64,000 nt of DNA from Candidatus Latescibacterota bacterium (GTDB lineage: Bacteria > Latescibacterota > UBA2968 > GCA-2709665), in contig OZ244937.1 of NCBI GenBank assembly GCA_965222075.1, forward strand, positions 4,800,001-4,864,000. The letters run 5' to 3'. Of the stretch, positions 56,565 to 64,000 are shown piece by piece. The notes under the pieces are model-generated. The model ran no database searches. It was not told where the DNA came from and was given only the letters and a program-made list of their open reading frames with translations. The position numbers and the translations under genes were made by a program. Numbering within the stretch: position 1 is the stretch's first letter; each line of letters opens with the position of its first letter.

Positions 56565-59500
56565 TTAAACCTTCACCGGAACCATGCGGTGTGCTTTGGG
56601 CTGGAATTCGCAGCCGGTGAGCAGGCGAGTCAGGGTGTTGGTGATTCGGAGGGTGACCCGGTTTTTCCCCTGCTTCAACCAGGTGGTCTCACCCGTCCAG
56701 TGGTAGGGCGCCCAGGCCCGCACGCCGAGCGAATGGCCGTTGATCTGGACTTCGACGATATCCGAAACGTCTTTGAACGCCTTTTCCAGGGAGATGACAA
56801 AGTGTCTGGTTTTGGGGCACTCCGGGAAGACCACATGCCGCGTATAGGCCACTGTGCCGGCGTAGAAGGGCATCCTCAGATCATCTAAGCGGCCTAAAGG
56901 CCCCTTCTCAACCGGAGCGGTCAGGCGCAGATAGTGGCTTCGCCAGTGATTTACCCCAAAACGCCCGAAGAGGTAGAAGGCGTCCACAAGCCCTTCCGTG
57001 AGTTCGCCCGCCTCCACGCGGACGGCGAGCACGTTCTTGCCCTTTGACACGCGGCGCCCCAGGGCAGAGGTGACATTGGCGTGATCGTACCGAAAGGTGG
57101 GGCGGAAGGTATTGCTGGGCATCTGAGAGCCGTTGAGGTAGATCTGATGGTTTCCAAGAATCGCACTCCGGTCCATCACCAGGGCCAGTTTGCCGGGCGT
57201 CGTATCGGCCAAAAATGCCGTTCGGAACCAGCAGACCAGCGGCAGCTCAATCTCGGTTTTGAGCGGCAGGCCGGGGCCGTCCGAAGCCAGGCTGATGGGC
57301 AGATTGGAAAAGGTAGAGAGTTCCCGGATCTGTTCTACAAGGGGCTTGGGCTCCACAATCAGCCAGCGGCTGTCCCTGTAGTCCGGTTCGTGCCATCCCT
57401 GCTTTATGCCTCTGTTCTGAGGGTCAATCTGCATCCGGAAGCGGTCCAACCGCAGGGCATTGTCTTCTTCGGGATCGACTTTCCAGGGACCACTCAGATC
57501 GAGGGGGAGCTGCTCGGGGGCTTCCAGCCTGCAGGACGTTTGCGCTTTGCCTTCTGAAACCACAATGAGATGGGACTGCAAGCGCTCGAAGGAGAGATCG
57601 ATTGTGAGCCGATTTCCCTCCCTCACAGCGGGCAGGGACGCACGCCGACCGGTTTCGAGGTCCCACCGCTCTACCTTGTTCTGTTTGGAGGGGACCTGCA
57701 GGCCGATCCGGGAATTGAAAGCAACCTGGGAGGTGTTGGTCAGGAAGTAGATCTGTTCCTTTCCGTCCTGCCGTTGATGGCACAGAAGCGTCAATGCGCC
57801 CTTTTTGTCGGTCTCCACGATGACCCGCCGGGGTAGAATCTGGTCGAGGAGGTCGCCCATCGCCCTTGCCCCCAGGTTTTTCTCCACAGATCCCCCCGTC
57901 CGGATCAGATAGAGATTCCCCCGCTGTACAACGTGCACGCCGAATTCGTGCCCGATGTAGTCCCGGATCATCCGGGCCGGTTCCATGTCGGTCATCCGGG
58001 ATAGGGCCTCGACCACCGAGGGGCCATCCTGGATATCTTCGATGGGCAACAGGCCCAGACAGATCACTTTCCCCCCGGCGTTGATAAATTCTCGGAGGCG
58101 TTCAAATGCGCCCCGTTCCAGGTTGGTGATGGGGGGAATGACCAGGACATCGTAGCGGCCGTTGCCCACATGGAGGCGTCCACCGACCACCCTGGCCTGT
58201 TGCAGCATTTCCGGGTCGAGGCAGTCGTAATCGCGCTGCATATAGCTGAGGGACGCCTTCAGGTAGGCCCAGTCTGCGACCAGCCGCGCCGTCAGTTTTT
58301 CTTCATCGGGATCGTAACCCACATAACGCCAGCCCAGGCCTGGGTGTCCCAGGTGGGCCCAGAGGCTTGTGGCCGGATCGAGCAGGGCAAGGTCGGCCAC
58401 GTGCCGTCCCCGGCTGAGCGTATAAGAGATCCGCCCCACATAGTCGGCCAGGAGCCGGAAGTGTTTCCAGTAGGGATTCTGGTGGAACTGGGAGGGGGGA
58501 GCATCGTGTTTGCGCAGGCCGTCCAGGGTGTAGAAAAAGGCGTGGAAGTTAAACAGGTTACACCCCAGGGCCCCCAGCCGGTCGATGGTCCATTTCATGT
58601 CCTGCAGGGTCAGGGACCAGCCCGTGCCGTGAAAGCAGGTGTTGAATACCCGCTGTTTGTCCCTCTGATGCATCAGGGAGGAGGGGAATTTGGGATTCCA
58701 GCGGAATACCGCCGCGTGGTTTTCCCAACCCCTTATCTCTGAGGCGCCGACCTTCTCACGGCCTCCGCTTGTGCCGGGGATATGGACGTCGCTCTGGTGG
58801 GCGTTCCTGAAAACCGGCGCATCGGCTGCGTAGTGCACCCCCCGTTGGGCGCACCAGTCTGCGCAGGCCCTGTGGAAGTTGTCCCGCAGCAGTTCACTGA
58901 GGGTCTGGAAATAGTCGTAGCGAATACGCGTTGTGTGGGGCCCAAAACCGGCGATCAAGGCGGGGAGGCAGTCGAGGAGGTCGTATCCGTTGCGCTCCCG
59001 AAAGGCTTGGGGCAGAAAGGGAGACCAGGGCAACGGGCTTCTCTTGTAAGGGGGTGTCGTCGTTAGAATACCCGGGATTACGCTGCCGAAGTGCGCTCCC
59101 AGATGTGTTGCGTAGAGCTCGTATGTGGTTTCTATAAAATGTTCGACGGCCTTGGGGTTAAACGGGTCGAAATGGGTAGGCGCTTCAAACGCCTGCTGGA
59201 GAAAGACCAGCACCCGCCACCGACCCGTCGGCGCCTTCCAGAAGAGGCGATGCACCGGTTGCTGAGCAAAATACTGCTTGGGATGGTACTCCTTTCTGTC
59301 TGTGGATTCCCTGTAGACCTCCTGGCAGTGGTTGGAGCCGATGTAGCCGTTGATGTCTTCTGCATCTTCCCAGAGGCACCGGTCCCGTCTGAGGGGGACC
59401 GCAATCGCGCGCAATACCGTGGCCCACGGCAGTTCCATATCGACCTGCTGGCCTCCCTGAACCGTGGTTTCTCGGAAGGTAAGGTATTGCGCACGGTACT

Positions 59501-59819
59501 GCGGATATCCCAGGGTAATCCGTTCCCCACTCATCTCGCCCGGGTAGGGGTATCCATCCTGAAGCCAGACCTGGAGGCCGTGGGCCTGAGCGGTTTCTAT
59601 AGCCAGTTTGACCCGTTCGAACCAGACTTTGGAGAGGTATGGAATGTGCAGACCCGGGCGTGCGGAGAGACAAAAACCGCCGATCCCTTTCTCGCTCATC
59701 TCGCGGATCTGCCGGATGATTTCGCCCTCATCTATGGCGCTGTTCCAGAACCAGAAGGGGACGATCCGATACGCGGCCGGGGGGTTGACAAAGGCATTGG
59801 CGTTCATGGGGCGCTTCAC
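56565..59819 (-). CDS. Large glycoside hydrolase (GH106 / alpha-L-rhamnosidase-like)
   Basis: F.NPP..YR..PFWFWN, GIGGF, YLS..WF, LPWS..F....GYDL, HAFFYT.DGLRKHDAPP, C-terminal sugar-binding sandwich. The expected acidic DE motifs look altered (QDG, TTT). Confidence 0.75.
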   Translation of the reverse strand: MKRPMNANAFVNPPAAYRIVPFWFWNSAIDEGEIIRQIREMSEKGIGGFCLSARPGLHIPYLSKVWFERVKLAIETAQAHGLQVWLQDGYPYPGEMSGERITLGYPQYRAQYLTFRETTVQGGQQVDMELPWATVLRAIAVPLRRDRCLWEDAEDINGYIGSNHCQEVYRESTDRKEYHPKQYFAQQPVHRLFWKAPTGRWRVLVFLQQAFEAPTHFDPFNPKAVEHFIETTYELYATHLGAHFGSVIPGILTTTPPYKRSPLPWSPFLPQAFRERNGYDLLDCLPALIAGFGPHTTRIRYDYFQTLSELLRDNFHRACADWCAQRGVHYAADAPVFRNAHQSDVHIPGTSGGREKVGASEIRGWENHAAVFRWNPKFPSSLMHQRDKQRVFNTCFHGTGWSLTLQDMKWTIDRLGALGCNLFNFHAFFYTLDGLRKHDAPPSQFHQNPYWKHFRLLADYVGRISYTLSRGRHVADLALLDPATSLWAHLGHPGLGWRYVGYDPDEEKLTARLVADWAYLKASLSYMQRDYDCLDPEMLQQARVVGGRLHVGNGRYDVLVIPPITNLERGAFERLREFINAGGKVICLGLLPIEDIQDGPSVVEALSRMTDMEPARMIRDYIGHEFGVHVVQRGNLYLIRTGGSVEKNLGARAMGDLLDQILPRRVIVETDKKGALTLLCHQRQDGKEQIYFLTNTSQVAFNSRIGLQVPSKQNKVERWDLETGRRASLPAVREGNRLTIDLSFERLQSHLIVVSEGKAQTSCRLEAPEQLPLDLSGPWKVDPEEDNALRLDRFRMQIDPQNRGIKQGWHEPDYRDSRWLIVEPKPLVEQIRELSTFSNLPISLASDGPGLPLKTEIELPLVCWFRTAFLADTTPGKLALVMDRSAILGNHQIYLNGSQMPSNTFRPTFRYDHANVTSALGRRVSKGKNVLAVRVEAGELTEGLVDAFYLFGRFGVNHWRSHYLRLTAPVEKGPLGRLDDLRMPFYAGTVAYTRHVVFPECPKTRHFVISLEKAFKDVSDIVEVQINGHSLGVRAWAPYHWTGETTWLKQGKNRVTLRITNTLTRLLTGCEFQPKAHRMVPVKV

Positions 59820-59831
59820 CTGACAGCAGGC

Positions 59832-60536
59832 CTATTTAACCTGTTCTTTTGCTGGTAGGATATCGAAGCCTAAGAAATCGGCATCAACCAGGGTTTTCTT
59901 TGCAGTCCAGAGAAGGATCGCGATCAGTACAAAGAGGATGAAGGCCAGGATATAGTTTCGGATTTGTCTGAGGCGTCTTCCCCGCCGCTGAGACCGCCCC
60001 CTGCGGGCCGTCTCCTCTCGTTCTCGCTGCAGGGCCTCTGCTTCTGCGCTGGGTGAAACTTGAGTGGGAAGAGGTTCGGGTAGCGCCTCCGGCGATGTGG
60101 CGGGAGGGGACGCGTGCGGACCCTGTTCGTTTTTAAGGCCTGCGACTGTCTCCCCCGAGACCACAGCCTGTTCCGCCAGCACCTGCTCCACGACGACCAG
60201 CAGGTCGTCCGTTTCAAAGGGTTTCTGGAGAAAGCCGTTGGCCCCCAGCCTGCTCAGATGCTCCATTTTCCCGGCGTCGATGTCAGAGGAGATCATGACG
60301 ACCGGCAGGTCTTTATTCAGTTCCCGGATAAACGCCAGGAGGGCTTCGCCCTGGACGGTGGGAAGGTAAAGGTCGAGGAGGACGAGATCGGGAGGCGTTT
60401 CCTGAAATTGGGCAATCGCCTCTGTCCACCGGGAGGCGGTGACGACCTGGAATCCCTGTTGGGAGAGGTAGGAGGTAACGGTTTCTAAGACATCCTGTTC
60501 GTCGTCCACAAGCAGAATAGTCCGGATGTTTTCCAC
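59832..60536 (-). CDS. Response regulator receiver domain with Pro-rich linker and C-terminal TM helix
   Basis: ILLVDD, PDLVLLDL.LP, MISS, FLQKPF; YILAFILFVLIAILLW TM; GTG start with RBS GGGAGG. Confidence 0.85.
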   Translation of the reverse strand: MENIRTILLVDDEQDVLETVTSYLSQQGFQVVTASRWTEAIAQFQETPPDLVLLDLYLPTVQGEALLAFIRELNKDLPVVMISSDIDAGKMEHLSRLGANGFLQKPFETDDLLVVVEQVLAEQAVVSGETVAGLKNEQGPHASPPATSPEALPEPLPTQVSPSAEAEALQREREETARRGRSQRRGRRLRQIRNYILAFILFVLIAILLWTAKKTLVDADFLGFDILPAKEQVK

Positions 60537-60679
60537 TGTCCACCTCCCAAACTGTGGACCCCATCAGAAAAAGATCAGGGCGGTCCACTTCGGAAGCTTG
60601 GTTTGGATAGTTGAGATGATCGCCTTGCGGTCACCCGGAATGGGGCCCCTGTGTTGTTTTTCACATGGTATTCTGAGCA

Positions 60680-60925
60680 CTAACGCTGGCCCGCACAGAC
60701 TTCACAGAGATATACTACCGTCCGGTATCGATCTTGAAGACGTGTCAATTTGATCCGCCCTTCCCGTTCTCCACACTGGTCGCAGGGGCGTTCCAGTGGA
60801 GGGTTCACAGCCCCTTCCTGCGGTTCTGCACAGGCATCGCATTGATAGAGGCTCTGCTTTTGTCCATTGACGATTCGCGTTAAAACGCGCGTTACAGGGC
60901 GAGTACCACAGCATTCGCAGAGCAA
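60680..60925 (-). CDS. Small protein with two tandem McsA-N-like CxxC...CxxC units
   Basis: MLCECC...LTRIVNGQK..QCDACA and CDQC...LTR...LCEVCA. Confidence 0.7.
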   Translation of the reverse strand: MLCECCGTRPVTRVLTRIVNGQKQSLYQCDACAEPQEGAVNPPLERPCDQCGEREGRIKLTRLQDRYRTVVYLCEVCAGQR

Positions 60926-61274
60926 GGCGTTCTTCCTGTGCAGGCCCGGGCTCTTTCCCGGACCAAATGACCGATGAATCCCGGCAAAAATTTAACGTTT
61001 AGATTCAAAAAGTCAAGATAAATGCGGTATATATATGTTTCAAATATATAATTTTATTTATTTTATGGAAAACAGGCCCCCGATGGCCCCGGTTGGTCCT
61101 GTATGAGCGGACGGGGAGTACACAGACCGCTGGTAAAAAAGAATATTTTGTTGTAAATATTACCCTTATCTTATATTCCCCCTGTCTATCACAGCGCTCC
61201 TTTTTAGTGGTTTACGCGTTCCTTTTTTATTATACTTGAGACATTGTCGATCACTTTTACGGAATTGTCCTCAG

Positions 61275-61895
61275 ATGTCCAAACAGGTCTATGCAATTGT
61301 ACCTGCCGCAGGGATGTCCACCCGGATGGGATCGCCCAAGCAGCTGCTCCCATTTGGGGACAAGACCGTTCTGCAGACGGTTGTAGATACCCTCTTAGAG
61401 GCAGAGCTGGACGGGGTTATGGTGGTTCTGGGGCACTATGCGGAGGCGGTTCGGGAGAGCTTGGGGGAACGACCGGTGGATTTCTATGTTAACAGTAACT
61501 ATCGGAAAGGTATGTTTTCCAGCATCTTATGTGGAATCTGCGCACTGCCCGGTTCGGCCAATGCGGCCCTCATCGTCCTGGGCGACCAGCCCCAGATCGC
61601 TGGAGAGGTGGTTCGCCGTGTGGTGGCGGCCTACCGGGAGGGGAAAAAGGGGATCGTGATCCCGACGGTTGCGGGCGAACGGGGGCATCCGGCGCTGGTG
61701 GACCTGCAGAAGTACGGAGCCGAGATTGCCGGGCTTTCTGGGGAGGCGGGGCTGAAACCGGTGATGCGCGGCCACCCGGGCGATACGCTGGAGCTTCCGG
61801 TGGACGACGCGCGGATTTTGCGGGATATCGATACGCCGGAGGACTACCGGGCGGAGCTGGAAAGACAGGAGGCAGAAGGCCGAAAACAGAAGTAA
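61275..61895 (+). CDS. MocA-like nucleotidyltransferase (molybdenum cofactor cytidylyltransferase family)
   Basis: PAAGMSTRMG.PKQLL, GMFSS..G, LGDQP, RGHP, DIDTPEDY. Confidence 0.88.
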   Translation: MSKQVYAIVPAAGMSTRMGSPKQLLPFGDKTVLQTVVDTLLEAELDGVMVVLGHYAEAVRESLGERPVDFYVNSNYRKGMFSSILCGICALPGSANAALIVLGDQPQIAGEVVRRVVAAYREGKKGIVIPTVAGERGHPALVDLQKYGAEIAGLSGEAGLKPVMRGHPGDTLELPVDDARILRDIDTPEDYRAELERQEAEGRKQK

Positions 61896-61915
61896 ATTTT
61901 ACAGGTGATAAATAT

Positions 61916-63376
61916 ATGATATACAAAAACTTACAGGAATTCATCGCGGATATTGACCGCGCCGGCGAATTGGTGCGGATTGGCTTAGAGGTGGATGCCT
62001 ATCTGGAGGTAACCGAGATCGCCGATCGGGCGATGAAAAGCCCGGGCGGTGGGCCGGCGCTGCTGTTTGAAAACGTCAAAGACAGCGCCATCCCCCTGGG
62101 GATCAACCTCTTCGGTTCCCGGCAGCGGATGTCGATGGCCCTGGGCGTGGCGGACTTGGATGAGATCGGCGACCGCTTAGCCGAGATGCTCAGGCTGGAG
62201 GTGCCCGATTCCCTGATGGGCAAGCTGGCAATGCTGCCAATGCTCAAGGAGATGGCGGGCTACCCCCCCCGGCAGGTCCGGTCCGGTCCCTGCCAGGAGG
62301 TGGTGCTTTTGGGGGACGAGGTGGACCTGGGCCGGCTGCCGGTGGCCACCTGCTGGCCCGAAGACGGCGGGCCTTATATTACGATGCCGCTGGTGATTAC
62401 CAGAGATCCGGAGAGTGGGGTGCGCAACGTGGGGATGTATCGGATGCAGGTGTTCGACCGGAAGACCACGGCGATGCACTGGCAGCGGCACAAGGTGGGC
62501 GCACGGCATTTTGAGCTGGCCAGGCAGCGGAATCAGCGGTTGGAGGTGGCGGTTGCGCTGGGGGGAGATCCGGCCACGATCTACAGCGCGACGGCCCCGC
62601 TGCCCCCGGCGATCGACGAGTTTATTTTTACCGGGTTTCTCCGCCGCCGCCCCATGGAACTGGTCAGGGGGGTGACGGTGGACTTAGAGGTGCCGGCCGA
62701 GGCGGAGGTGGTGCTGGAGGGGTACGTGGATCCGTCCGAGGCGATGCTCCGGGAGGGCCCCTTTGGAGACCATACGGGGTTTTACTCCTTAGCAGATAAT
62801 TACCCCGCATTTTACATCACGGCGATGACGATGCGGCACAGCCCGGTCTACCAGACGACGATCGTGGGCCGCCCGCCGATGGAGGATTTCTGGATGGGGC
62901 ACGCCACGGAGCGGATTTTTCTGCCGCTTACGCGGCTGGTGCTGCCCGAAATTGTGGATTATCACATGCCGGCGGAGGGGATTTTCCACAATCTGGTGTT
63001 TGTGGCGATCGATAAGCACTTCCCCGGACACGCCTACAAGGTGATGAACGGGCTGTGGGGGTTGGGTCAGATGATGCTGGCGAAGGTGATCGTGGTTGTG
63101 GATAAAGATGTAAATGTGCAGGATCCGCAGGAGGCCTGGTGGGTGGCCCTCAACAATATTGACCCGAAACGGGACGTGCATTTTACCCCAGGACCGGTGG
63201 ACGTGCTGGACCACGCGAGTGCGTCGTTTACGTTTGGATCCAAGATGGGGATCGACGCGACCCGGAAATGGCCGGAGGAGGGATTTACCCGGGAGTGGCC
63301 GGAGCGGATCGTGATGAGCGATGAGGTGAAGCAGAGGGTGGATGAGATGTGGGGCGAGCTGGGAACAGGGATTTGA
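61916..63376 (+). CDS. UbiD-family prenyl-FMN decarboxylase (menaquinone/futalosine pathway type)
   Basis: EVTEIADR, INLFGS, WPEDGG, NVGMYR, EGPFGDHTGFY, GRPPMED, DVLDHA, KMGIDAT.K. Confidence 0.92.
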   Translation: MIYKNLQEFIADIDRAGELVRIGLEVDAYLEVTEIADRAMKSPGGGPALLFENVKDSAIPLGINLFGSRQRMSMALGVADLDEIGDRLAEMLRLEVPDSLMGKLAMLPMLKEMAGYPPRQVRSGPCQEVVLLGDEVDLGRLPVATCWPEDGGPYITMPLVITRDPESGVRNVGMYRMQVFDRKTTAMHWQRHKVGARHFELARQRNQRLEVAVALGGDPATIYSATAPLPPAIDEFIFTGFLRRRPMELVRGVTVDLEVPAEAEVVLEGYVDPSEAMLREGPFGDHTGFYSLADNYPAFYITAMTMRHSPVYQTTIVGRPPMEDFWMGHATERIFLPLTRLVLPEIVDYHMPAEGIFHNLVFVAIDKHFPGHAYKVMNGLWGLGQMMLAKVIVVVDKDVNVQDPQEAWWVALNNIDPKRDVHFTPGPVDVLDHASASFTFGSKMGIDATRKWPEEGFTREWPERIVMSDEVKQRVDEMWGELGTGI

Positions 63377-63404
63377 ATTGTGGATTTCGGATTTCGGAAT
63401 GCGG
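63377..63404. repeat. Degenerate heptamer tandem repeat
   Basis: ATTGTGG ATTTCGG ATTTCGG AATGCGG directly after the UbiD stop. Confidence 0.55.
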
Positions 63405-63469
63405 GTTGGAATTAGATTTGGATCGGTAAAATTCCTGAAGTATATTCTGTACTGCAGAAGCGTATTGGA

Positions 63470-63529
63470 CCTGTCTGCCGTGCCGGGCACCTGCTTGCGC
63501 GCTGCGCGCAGGCAAGCGGCACAGGCAGG
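63470..63529. repeat. Nested CCTGCCTG...CAGGCAGG-type palindromic elements
   Basis: Outer CCTGTCTGCCGTGCCG...CGGCACAGGCAGG interrupted by inner CCTGCTTGCGCGCTGCGCGCAGGCAAG. Confidence 0.7.
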
Positions 63530-63564
63530 TGCGAATAACAGATCGATTGTGGGGGGGCACGACT

Positions 63565-64000
63565 ATGGGCGGAAAAACCGTGGGGTTCGGGATCGTCGGC
63601 AGCGGTATTGTGGCAGATTACCACATCGGCGCCGTGCTGGATACCGAGGGTGCGGAACTCGTTTCGGTATACAGCAGGAGCGAGGGACGGGCCCGGCAGA
63701 CGGGTGAGCAGCACGGCGTTGCATGGTATACCGACCACCGGGAGATGCTGCAATCTCCGGATATTGACGTGGTATGCATCTGCACCCCAAGCGGCGTTCG
63801 CATCCCGATGGTTACGGATGCCGCAGCCGCAGGCAAGCACCTGATTATTGAGAAACCCCTTGACGTGACCCTGGAGAACATCGACCGAATCATCCAGGCC
63901 GCACAGGATGCCGGGGTGAAGCTGATGGGGATCTTCCAACTCCGCTATGGAGAGGCGATCAACCGGGTGCGGGAGGCCGTTCGGAGGGGGAAGCTGGGGA
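63565..64000 (+). CDS. Gfo/Idh/MocA family oxidoreductase (runs off right edge)
   Basis: Read by hand: MGGKTVGFGIVGSGIVADYH...DVVCICTPSG...AGKHLIIEKP...FQLRY. Confidence 0.9.
   Translation, partial: MGGKTVGFGIVGSGIVADYHIGAVLDTEGAELVSVYSRSEGRARQTGEQHGVAWYTDHREMLQSPDIDVVCICTPSGVRIPMVTDAAAAGKHLIIEKPLDVTLENIDRIIQAAQDAGVKLMGIFQLRYGEAINRVREAVRRGKLG

Noticed and set aside
60940-61260. Very AT-rich intergenic stretch as an origin or ncRNA
   Set aside because: Adequately explained as a divergent promoter region; no skew change or recognisable RNA fold.
63097-63105. Perfect DnaA box TGTGGATAA, and near-matches at about 8419 and 14387
   Set aside because: Isolated and mostly inside coding sequence; no cluster that would define oriC.

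Overview
GC-rich bacterial chromosomal window with about 55 intact genes and one tRNA-Ala(GGC). The FlgD-Ig/lamin-tail secreted protein, several PhyH dioxygenases and amidohydrolases, and heparinase-like and GH106-like giants suggest an FCB-group organism such as Ca. Latescibacterota; this is inference only. Housekeeping genes recognised from motifs: ftsK (partial), tsaD, XPB helicase, two IHF/HU paralogs, ligA, pdxJ, ggt, thyA-folA-rimO, rpmB, folC fusion, UbiD-family decarboxylase and a TRAP transporter. No integrase, transposase, prophage or CRISPR array was found. Most notable observations: (1) a CapA / amidohydrolase-2 / Rieske ferredoxin / PAL-like propeller gene run that resembles a dinuclear-metal monooxygenase module paired with an alpha-hydroxy lyase; (2) a 33-bp palindromic element found identically in intergenic DNA and as an exact 11-codon in-frame segment of a gene, with a nested variant elsewhere; (3) FolC fused to a C-terminal ATP-grasp ligase; (4) a small Cys4 gene bracketed by inverted repeats that could pair its 5' and 3' UTRs; (5) a CbiX/Moco-domain fusion; (6) a DGGGP-synthase-like prenyltransferase; (7) a GC-skew flip at about 14-18 kb; (8) many deletion scars (pdxT, MocR regulator, udk, PhyH, polyamine-binding protein, toxin-antitoxin remnants). 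All calls come from reading motifs by eye; no database searches were run.
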